Of a stretch of DNA of 64,000 nucleotides, positions 26,584-35,949 are shown piece by piece (within the stretch, counting starts at the first letter, position 1; each line of letters opens with the position of its first letter). The translations under genes and the position numbers were made by a program. The notes below the pieces were generated by a model. The model searched no databases and was not told where the DNA came from. It saw only the letters and a program-made list of their open reading frames with translations. The stretch covers positions 1 to 64,000 of the forward strand of contig MCFE01000247.1 of NCBI GenBank assembly GCA_002104905.1, written 5' to 3'. Source of the stretch: Basidiobolus meristosporus CBS 931.73. Its lineage: Eukaryota > Fungi > Basidiobolomycota.

Positions 26584-29500
26584 TGTTGCAACTTAAGAAG
26601 TGATTTGGATACAAGGAACTGATCAAGAAATAGTGATAATAGTTGAACTGTTGTTCACTCATAAAGAGGATCTGTGTGTATACCTTTGTTGAAGCAATAC
26701 AGCTGTAGCACTAAGTAAGGAGGGTTTCTCAATATTCAGTAGCATTCAGTAACAGTTTCAGCATTAGTACATAATTGTTAGTATTAGAGCTAATTTGATC
26801 CTGACTATAGGGGAATAATCCTAAGATCATAGATCTGAAGAAAGTGGCAAAGTTAGAGCTGTAAATTAGTCCCACAGTGACCAAGACTAGTCCAGAATTG
26901 TTAAGTAAATTTTTAGCTGCAGAATGATACCAAATAGTCCAATATTTCAACACTCCCCCTCAAGTAAATAGTTTCTTAATCCTAACTGAGATTCTCAAAT
27001 TGTGGCCTAGCTAGTGGTTTTGTCAATATATCTGCCACCATTTTGTTAGTTGGGCAGTACACTAACTCTACTACTTTATTTTCCACAGCTTCCCTCACAA
27101 AGTGATGCTGTATATCAATGTGCTTAGTTCTGGCATGATTAATAGGATTTCTAGCTAATGAAATACAGCTTTGATTATCCTTGTAAATACATGTTGGTTC
27201 ATTTGGATTAAAACCTAAGTCTTTGAATAATTTTTGTAGCCATATAGCCTCCTTAGTTGCTTGACATGCAGCCATATATTCTGCTTCAGTTGTAGATAGG
27301 GCCACAGTTGATTGTTTCTTGCAATTCCAAGTAATAGCTGCACCAGCATAAAGAAATACAAAGCCTGTGGTTGAATGTCTGTCAATCAGATCCCTACCCC
27401 AATCTGAATCACTATAACCATCAAATTTTTGCCTATTAGCTTCTCCAAAGTATTCCAGTACCATATTTATGGTACCTTGTAGATATCTTAAAATCACTTA
27501 ACTGCTGCAATTTGATCTGATCCATAATTCTGCATGAATTGACTGACTATTCCAACTGCCACTGCAATATCTGGACATGTAGACACCATCAAGTACATTA
27601 GGCTACCAACCATTGATTGATAGGGAACGTTTTGTCCTATATTTGAGCCATTTTCATCTATAACTGGCTGAGATTTGCTTAATTTCAGGTTATTGTCCAT
27701 GGGGGTAGCTGCAGGTTTGTAATTTTCCATTTTGAAGCATCTAAGAATGTCCCTGATGTACTTAGACTGATTCAGCACAATTATCTGTGTAGCTATGTCA
27801 AATTTGACCTCAATCCCAAGAAAATAGCTCCATTTTCCAAGATCTTTCATCTCAAACTTACTGAAGAGATCTGATTTCATCTGTATAAGTGCCTCTTGGT
27901 CACTTGAAGCTATAATTAGGTTGTCCACATAAAGAACTAGGATGATCACACCCTTTTTGAGCTGTTTCACATATATACTGTGATCTGCGGTGCTGTAAGA
28001 GAACCCAATTTCCCCTAGATATGTGCCAATCTTGTTATACCATGCTCTAGATGCCTGCTTAAGCCCATACAACAATTTTTAAGTTTGCACACCTTATGGG
28101 ATACTTTTGTATCGGTAAAGCCTTCTGGTTGCTCCATATATATAGTTTCTTGCAAATCCTCATTTAGAAAGGCTGTTTTGATATCCATTTGGTGTAGATC
28201 TAGACTGTGTACAGCTGCCAAGGCTAGAATGTCCTAATGGAGTTAAACTTGGCAACCGGAGCAAATATTTCCTTAAAGTCTAGTCACTGGATCTGGGAAT
28301 AGCCTTTAGCCACCAATCTAGCCTTGTACTTATCAACAGCACCATTTGAGGTTATCTTGATCTTGTAGACCCATCTACATCCTATTGGCTTTCTCCCATT
28401 TGGTAAATCTACCAGTCCCCATGTTTTTGCCTTGATCAGTGATTGGTACTCCTCCTGCATGGCTTGTTGCCACTTAGTACCATCTGGACTTTGCATTGCC
28501 TGTTGCAGATTCTGAGGTTTGGCACATAAGGCCAGATAAGCTTCTTCATGATCATTGGATATCTGCTACCAGGATCCAGTGGTGTTTCATATTCTGGTAG
28601 AGCTGCTAACTGGGATAATCTGTTCTGATCTGGAACTGGTGGAAGTATCTTCCATATCTGGCTGGATTTGGTATATATCTTCTTCATTTGTGTTGATTAC
28701 ATCTTCAGGCAGCTGGCCAATGATTACTGCGGCTTTCTGATCTGAATTCTCCTCAAATACAATGTTTTTACTCTTGATCAGCTTCTGAATTCTGCCATTA
28801 TACACTCTATACCCTTTAGTATCTTCACAATACCCAAGAAAGATCTCTTTCCTACACTTTGGCTCCAACTTTGAACCTTTTTTGTCAGGGATGTGATAAA
28901 AAACATCACTGCCAAAGATGTTGAGGTGCTGGAGATCTGGTTTTTTGCCTGTATATGCTTCAAAGGGTGTAGAATCAAGTAGCGCTGTTGTTGGGCTTCT
29001 GTTCCTGATGTATAATGTGGTAGCAACAGATTCAGCCCAGAACTTGTAGTCCATTCCCTTATCATGTAGCATAGATCTTCCCATCTCTACTATTGTTCTA
29101 TTTGCATGTTCTGCTACTCCATATTGCCATGGAGATATGATGAACTGTGGTCTGTTGAAGTATACCAATAGACAAGCAGTATTTTGCAATCTCATTTGAG
29201 CAGCATTCTCCTCCATTTTCACTTCATAGTACCTTCAATTTACACCAAGTTTGTGTTTCTGCCATGTTCTTGAAGTGCTTCAACGTCTCTAAAGCTTCAT
29301 CCTTTGTTTTGAGGAAGTACTCATGTATATCTTGTTTTGTCATCAATAAATGTCATAAAGTATCTCTTGGCTCCAAAGTACAGTATTCTCATGGGGCCAC
29401 ATATGTTGGAGTGTACAATAGCCAATATTTTTGTGGTATTGATGCCTTCTGAGCTCTTGAAACTTTGCCTAGCTTGTTTGCCATATGAACATCCCGTACA

Positions 29501-31429
29501 AATATTCAACTTGATTGTAATTGAGTATTTATGGCCTAAAACAAGCTGATTTTTTACCAAATGGCTCATTTTCTGTTCCCCAATGTGTCCTAGCCTCCTA
29601 TGCTGCGTCTCCTAGTTGGTTTCATCAGTTTCAGCAATGTTGACATACTCAGATACAATGATCTTGCATTGTAACTTGTATATATTATGTTCTCTGATTC
29701 CCAAAGCTAATTTTTGTCCATTCACACTCAATATTGAGCAGCTCATCTTAGTAAAAACAAATTTCAGTCTCTGAGCAGTTGCTTTACTGATTGAGAGTAA
29801 GTTCTTAGCTATTCCAGGTACATAGAGTACGTCAGTGAGACATGCTGTAGTTGCCCCTAAGCTATTGCCCATATTTAGTTGTATAGACCCACTTGCGGTA
29901 GCTTCCAGAGCAGAGTTATCTCCCAGATAAACCTTTCTTATGGTAATAGTTTTTAAGTGGCTGAGCCACTCCTTTATACCACAGATATGCTGTGATGCTC
30001 CAGAGTCAATATACCACTCATTTTTTGGTTACTTGCACTCTCTTGTACAGTTACAAATAACTGTTCATCAGTAGTTATATGGTTTGCCTGCTCTGGTTTC
30101 TGTTTTTTGTCTGCTTGTTTCTTCTTGCATTCTCTTGCCCAGTGTCCTGGCTTTTTACAATAGTTGCAGCAACCAGGTTTTCTTTGGTTTTGTTGTTTTC
30201 CCTTCTTTTCTGAGTGCCTTTCTGAACTGAATAAAGCATTATCTTTGATTTTCTCTGCTTGATCATTACGTCTGAGTTCTTCATGGAGAAGTCTTCCTTT
30301 GAAGTAGTCTAAAGTCAAGTTGTCTTCTCTGTTTTCAAAAGAAAGTATGAGTGGCTCATACTTGTCTGGTAGGCTGCAAAGCAGACAGAGTATTGTTTCT
30401 TCATCATCTACACCAGCATAATACTGTAAAGTTCTTCTGCAAGTGTCTCCATTTTGGTAATGAATTGCAGCATGTCATCATCTGGCTTCTTCCTCATGTT
30501 GAAGAACTTTTGTTTCAAATAAAGCTTGCTTGATACTGACTTTGCCCTAAAGATCTTCTCTAAGGATTCCCATGCTGCTTTGGCAGTATCTGAGGCATGG
30601 ATTTGTCCAATGAAGGAATCTTGCACATTGATACATATGGCATTAAAGGCCTTTCTCTCCTTCTCTTGAAACTTCTCTACTTCTTCTGCTGTTCCTTTGG
30701 GCTCAACTTCTTTTCCTGTTACTATATTCCAAAGCTTCCTTTCCTCAAGGTGGATCTGCATCTTGATTCTCCAAAGTCTGTAGTTCTTTCCATCAAACCT
30801 CTCCTTTACAGGGAAGATGTTTGTGTTGTTCTGTTTACTGGTAGAAGTCATCTTTAGAATGGATTAAGGCAATTGGGGCTCATAACCTGTTGCAATTTAA
30901 GAAGTGATTTGGATATAAGGAACTTATCAAGAAATAGTGATAATAGTTGAACTGTTGTTTATTAATAAAGAAGCTCAGTATTTATACCTTTGTAGAAAGG
31001 AATACAGATGTGGAACTAAGAAAGGAGGGTTTCTCAATACTCAGGAGTATTCTGTAACAGCTTCAAGGTTAGTACATACTGTTGTAAAAATTCGTATTTT
31101 CCACCTAAATATTCACCTAACTTAGTCACTTAGATCATTACCTTCAAATCCTAGAGAATACTGACCAAATCCCTTGTCGGGATTTACTTAGAATATTTTC
31201 ACCAAAATACCAGGTACCCAGAACATGAAAATTCTCAAAGTTGTCCAAACAGCCCCAAACTTTGCACACATGTTCTTGGGACCTTCCTTAACCTATTCTA
31301 CGTGTTTGTAATGCCAAGACCAGGTAAAAGTATAAATACTACTTTTACATTCAATAAATCATTAAGTGAAAACCACATAATCTACTTGTTCTCCAAATCA
31401 CTTCCAATATCTCCAAGACTCTTACAACA

Positions 31430-31441
31430 GGTTATGAGCCC
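31430..31441 (+). other. Primer-binding site GGTTATGAGCCC (initiator tRNA-Met anticodon arm)
   Basis: Immediately follows the 5' LTR and is complementary to GGGCUCAUAACC of yeast-type tRNAi-Met; the same site occurs at 16676, 30876-30887 (-) and 55066-55077 (-). Confidence 0.9.
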
Positions 31442-34400
31442 CGAGCTGTCACTCTCTGCAATGTCTACTACTGCTATTACTGGAATTTTTCCCTCTGCTG
31501 AAAAGTTGGATGGATCTAACTACCAAGTGTGGAAGGTGAAGATGAAGATGCTGCTACAAGAAAGAGGCCTTTGGGATATTGTCATGGGAGAAGAATGCCC
31601 TCCTAAAAACATGGGAGAGGAAGCCTTAAAGTACCAGAAGAAAGAACAAAGTGCCTTTAACTGCATTTGCCTTAATGTCAAGGACAAATTGCTAATTCAA
31701 TGCTCAAGAGCAAAAACGGCAAAGAATGCCTGGAAGGCATTAGAAGACACCTACCAGTCATGTTCAGCTGCCAAGAAAATGTATCTGAGAAGAAAATTCT
31801 TTACTACAAAGATGCTGCCAGGAGAAGAAATGAAAAATCTAATTAACAGAATTACCCTGCTGGTAGATGAGATGGAATCTGTGGGCGTACCAACTACTGA
31901 TGAGGATGTGATAGTTACCATCCTGAATAGCCTGACAGACAAGTTTCAGGGCCTTGTATCAGCCCTAGAGTCCAGAACTGAAGATTTGACCTTAAATTAC
32001 GTATATGGAAGGCTCCTGGATGAAGAATTAAGAAAATCAAGCGCCAATAAGAAGGAAGAAGAAAATGCTTTAATAAGCAATGATAACCAACAAAGGAGGT
32101 ACCCAAGACCCTACAAAGGCAACAGCAACCTGTTTTGTAACTACTGCAAAAGGAAAGGACACACATCAGACCGGTGTTTCAAAAAGAAAGATTATCAGCA
32201 AAAGAAGCCTGAATATGGAAATGCTGCAACAACTGAAGATAGACTATTCATATCTGCACTAAATATGACCACAAACAAGGATTCTCAGACGTGGTATATT
32301 GACTCTGGAGCTTCTCACCACTTCACACACCAAAAAGAACTTTTTACCCAATATCAAGAAATTCCAATTAAGAAGGTTTTCATGGGTGACGATAGAACAC
32401 TTGATGCAGTGGGAGAAGGCACTATCCAAGTAAACCTTAGAAGCAGTGAAGGAAGCCATACACTGACCTTTAAAGAAGTACTCTATGTACCAGAAATAGC
32501 CAAGAACCTACTCTCTGTAAGCAAGGCCACAGCAGAAGGACTCAGTTTCAGTTTTAACAATTCTGGATGCAGGATCACTGATCAAAATGGTGCTCATATT
32601 GCTTCGGGCATCAGAGATCAGAATCTATACAAGTTGACTTATATTCCATCATATCTGGAAGCCAATATAAGTAACTTAAATGAAGAAATACCAATGCTTT
32701 GGCACAGGAGATTTGGGCACATCAATTTTGATTATTTGCGTAAAATGATCAAAGATCAGCTAATTTCTGGAGTGAAAATTGATCCCCCAGCTATTTTGGA
32801 GCACTGTGAAGCCTGCATATATGGGAAACAAGCCAGACAACCGTTCAAGAGCTCTGGGTTAATCAAAACTAAGAAAAAATTAGATCTAATTCACTCAGAT
32901 CTGTGTGGACCTATGCAAAATTTATCCTTAGGCGGGATGAAGTATTTAATCACTTTTATTGATGATTATACAAGATACACATGGGTCTACTTCATGGAGA
33001 GAAAGGAAGAAGCTCTGTCTAAGCTCAGGGAGTTTAAAGCCATGGTGGAGAGAGAAACTGGTGAAAAAATCAAGAAAATACGCTCTGACAATGGTGGAGA
33101 ATATACCTCAAAACTCTTCATCCACTTCTGCAAAATTCATGGGATAAAGCAAGAGACTACTGTACCATACTCCCCACAGCAAAATGGAGTAGCAGAACGA
33201 GCTAACAGATCAATAATTGATATGGCAAGATCTATGATCCATGATCAAAAATTATCCTATGATTTTTGGGCGGAATCAGTTGCCACTGCTGTATATCTTA
33301 CAAATAGGAGTTATAACAGAATACTTCGTGATTCTACTCCATTTGAAGCATGGTATGGATACAGACCAAGTGCAGAACATCTAAGAATATTTGGGTGTAC
33401 AGCATATGCCAAAAAACTGGCCGGAAATCAGTCAAAATTTGAGCCAAAAAGTGTAAAATGCATATTTTTGGGCTACTGCAATGAGAGTAAGGCATACAGA
33501 CTCTACAATACCAAAGCAAAGAAGCTGATCAAGTCCAGGGATGTGTTGTTTGATGAAAATTCAAAATTTTCACAAAAAATGACATCAGATGATGACGAAA
33601 ATTTGATCTCAAGTCCACCAATTGTCAGGATTGAATCAGAGCAAAACAATGAAAATTTTTTCACTCCAGAGGACTCTACAACCATGGTTCAGCCAGAATC
33701 AGTGCCCAGGAATATCCCAGAAGTGATCATTCCAGTATCAAATGCCCGGAGATCCAATCGGACAAGAAATAGCCCAAATTACTATATCAATGAGGGTACA
33801 AACTTAGCCTATGCCTATTCAGTCCATATTGATGAACCCCAGACTGTAAAAGAGGCCCTAAATAGCCCTCAGACGAAGTTTTGGAGATCTGCAATGACTG
33901 AGGAATATCAGGCCCTGATGGAAAATCAAACTTGGGACTTAGTCAAATTACCAATCAACCGAAAATCAATTGGATGCAGATGGGTCTTCAAGACAAAATA
34001 CAAGGCTGATGGTACAATTGAAAGATACAAAGCAAGACTTGTAGCCAAAGGATACTCTCAAACAAAAGGACTTGACTATACTGAGACCTTTGCACCGGTA
34101 GCCAAGTTTAATTCCATCAGATTAATATTGGCTATTGCAGCCAAATATAAGTTTTTTATTCATCAAATGGATGTAAAAACTGCATTTTTGAATGGAGAAC
34201 TTGATGAGGACGTGTATATGGACCAGCCTGATGGGTTTGTTGACCAAGATAACCCCCATTTGGTCTGCAAGCTTAAAAAGTCACTATATGGTCTCAAACA
34301 ATCACCGAGAGCCTGGAATTGCAAGATAGATTCTTATTTGGAATCTCTGAGTTTCAAAAGGAGTAATGCTGACTATAGTATATACTATAAGCCAGATAAA

Positions 34401-35405
34401 GCAAATCCAGTTCTATTAGCTCTATATGTGGATGATCTTATTATAGCCGCCAATAACCTAGAAACATTGGAAGAGACTAAATCCAGCCTATCTAAGGAGT
34501 TCAAGATGTCCAATCTAGGAGAACTTAGTTACTACTTAGGGATTAAGTTCTCCATAGACAGAAGTACCCAGACTATTACCCTAAGCCAATCCAAGTATAT
34601 TCAAGATATACTAAAGAAGTACCAAATGGAAGACTGTAAACCGGCAGCTACCCCAATGGAGACAAACCTTAACTTGGTCAAAACTCAACCAAATCAAGAG
34701 AGCTTGGTGCCATCTGAAAGCCCTGACTTTCCTTATCAATCTATGGTCGGCAGTCTGATGTATATCATGCTTGGAACACGTCCAGATATCTCATATTCAG
34801 TGGGAGTTGTCAGCCAACATAATCAGAATTATGGATCTGATCATATTGCAGCAGTTAAGCGGATTTTTAGATACCTAAAAGGAACTGCTGATATCTGCTT
34901 AAGATACACTTATAAGGATTCAGAACAGGATCTTGTGGGATACTCTGATGCTGATTGGGGACGAAATTTAGAAGACAGAAGATCCACCACAGGATACACC
35001 TTTCTTTACTGTCAAGGAGCAATTTCATGGAATTCAAGAAAGCAACCAACCGTAGCACTTTCTACTACAGAGGCAGAGTATATGGCAGCCTGTGAAGCTA
35101 CAAAAGAAGCAATGTGGTTAAGAAAGCTCTTTACAGATTTAGGCCTATGTCAAAAAACGCCTATTACTTTATTTCAAGATAATCAAGGATGTATACAATT
35201 AGGTAGAAATCCAACTTTTCATGCTAGAACCAAGCACATAGATATTAGACATCATTTCATACGTGAAGCTATAGAGAACAACTTAGTTAACTTAGTTTAC
35301 TGTCCTACAGATGAAATGATTGCAGACATATTTACCAAACCATTAGCTAGAGACAAGTTTGAATATCTTAGGTCAAAATTAGGACTAGTTAGTATGAACA
35401 TTTAG
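31434..35405 (+). CDS. Copia Gag-Pol polyprotein (Gag, zinc knuckle, aspartic protease, integrase, RT, RNase H), 1323 aa from ATG 31434 (alternative ATG 31461)
   Basis: CNYCKRKGHTSDRC, WYIDSGASHH, LWHRRFGH/CEAC, HSDLCG-RSDNGGEY-GVAERAN, HQMDVKTAFLNG, LYVDD, YSDADW, TKHIDIRHHFIRE. The listed 31302 start lies inside the LTR. Confidence 0.97.
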   Translation: MSPELSLSAMSTTAITGIFPSAEKLDGSNYQVWKVKMKMLLQERGLWDIVMGEECPPKNMGEEALKYQKKEQSAFNCICLNVKDKLLIQCSRAKTAKNAWKALEDTYQSCSAAKKMYLRRKFFTTKMLPGEEMKNLINRITLLVDEMESVGVPTTDEDVIVTILNSLTDKFQGLVSALESRTEDLTLNYVYGRLLDEELRKSSANKKEEENALISNDNQQRRYPRPYKGNSNLFCNYCKRKGHTSDRCFKKKDYQQKKPEYGNAATTEDRLFISALNMTTNKDSQTWYIDSGASHHFTHQKELFTQYQEIPIKKVFMGDDRTLDAVGEGTIQVNLRSSEGSHTLTFKEVLYVPEIAKNLLSVSKATAEGLSFSFNNSGCRITDQNGAHIASGIRDQNLYKLTYIPSYLEANISNLNEEIPMLWHRRFGHINFDYLRKMIKDQLISGVKIDPPAILEHCEACIYGKQARQPFKSSGLIKTKKKLDLIHSDLCGPMQNLSLGGMKYLITFIDDYTRYTWVYFMERKEEALSKLREFKAMVERETGEKIKKIRSDNGGEYTSKLFIHFCKIHGIKQETTVPYSPQQNGVAERANRSIIDMARSMIHDQKLSYDFWAESVATAVYLTNRSYNRILRDSTPFEAWYGYRPSAEHLRIFGCTAYAKKLAGNQSKFEPKSVKCIFLGYCNESKAYRLYNTKAKKLIKSRDVLFDENSKFSQKMTSDDDENLISSPPIVRIESEQNNENFFTPEDSTTMVQPESVPRNIPEVIIPVSNARRSNRTRNSPNYYINEGTNLAYAYSVHIDEPQTVKEALNSPQTKFWRSAMTEEYQALMENQTWDLVKLPINRKSIGCRWVFKTKYKADGTIERYKARLVAKGYSQTKGLDYTETFAPVAKFNSIRLILAIAAKYKFFIHQMDVKTAFLNGELDEDVYMDQPDGFVDQDNPHLVCKLKKSLYGLKQSPRAWNCKIDSYLESLSFKRSNADYSIYYKPDKANPVLLALYVDDLIIAANNLETLEETKSSLSKEFKMSNLGELSYYLGIKFSIDRSTQTITLSQSKYIQDILKKYQMEDCKPAATPMETNLNLVKTQPNQESLVPSESPDFPYQSMVGSLMYIMLGTRPDISYSVGVVSQHNQNYGSDHIAAVKRIFRYLKGTADICLRYTYKDSEQDLVGYSDADWGRNLEDRRSTTGYTFLYCQGAISWNSRKQPTVALSTTEAEYMAACEATKEAMWLRKLFTDLGLCQKTPITLFQDNQGCIQLGRNPTFHARTKHIDIRHHFIREAIENNLVNLVYCPTDEMIADIFTKPLARDKFEYLRSKLGLVSMNI

Positions 35406-35949
35406 CTGAGTGGGAGTGTTGTAAAAATTTGTATTTTCCACCTAAATATTCACCTAACTTAGTCACTTAGATCATTACCTTCAAATCCTAGAGAATACTG
35501 ACCAAATCCCTTGTCGGGATTTACTTAGAATATTTTCACCAAAATACCAGGTACCCAGAACATGAAAATTCTCAAAGTTGTCCAAACAGCCCCAAACTTT
35601 GCACACATGTTCTTGGGACCTTCCTTAACCTATTCTACGTGTTTGTAATGCCAAGACCAGGTAAAAGTATAAATACTACTTTTACATTCAATAAATCATT
35701 AAGTGAAAACCACATAATCTACTTGTTCTCCAAATCACTTCCAATATCTCCAAGACTCTTACAACACATACTAGTTAGTATTAGTGCTAATTTGATCCTG
35801 ACTATAGAGGAATAATCATAAGATCATAGATCTGAATAAAGTGGCAAAGTTAGAGCTGTAAACTAGTCCCACAGTGACCAAGACTAGTCCAGAATTGTTA
35901 AGTAAATTTTTAGCTGCAGAATGATACCAAATAGTCCAATACTTCAACA

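Larger units (their letters stand above)
31080..35766 (+). mobile_element. Intact Ty1/copia retrotransposon A1 with 350 bp LTRs (31080-31429, 35417-35766) and TSD CATAC
   Basis: LTRs identical except one C/T at LTR position 14; CATAC at 31075-31079 and 35767-35771; PBS 31430-31441; PPT ending 35416; uninterrupted ORF. Confidence 0.99.
26584..35949 (-). mobile_element. Copia family B element B2, disabled: 3' LTR 26584-26952, internal 26953-30887, 5' LTR 30888-35949 split by element A1
   Basis: Reverse-complement PBS ggggctcataacc ending at 30887 and PPT ctccccctc at 26953; ORF fragments nearly identical to those of B1. Confidence 0.97.

Noticed and set aside
31302-31433. 44-codon N-terminal extension of the 1367-aa ORF
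   Set aside because: Begins at a GTG inside the 5' LTR upstream of the PBS; the polyprotein matches copia Gag only from ATG 31434/31461.
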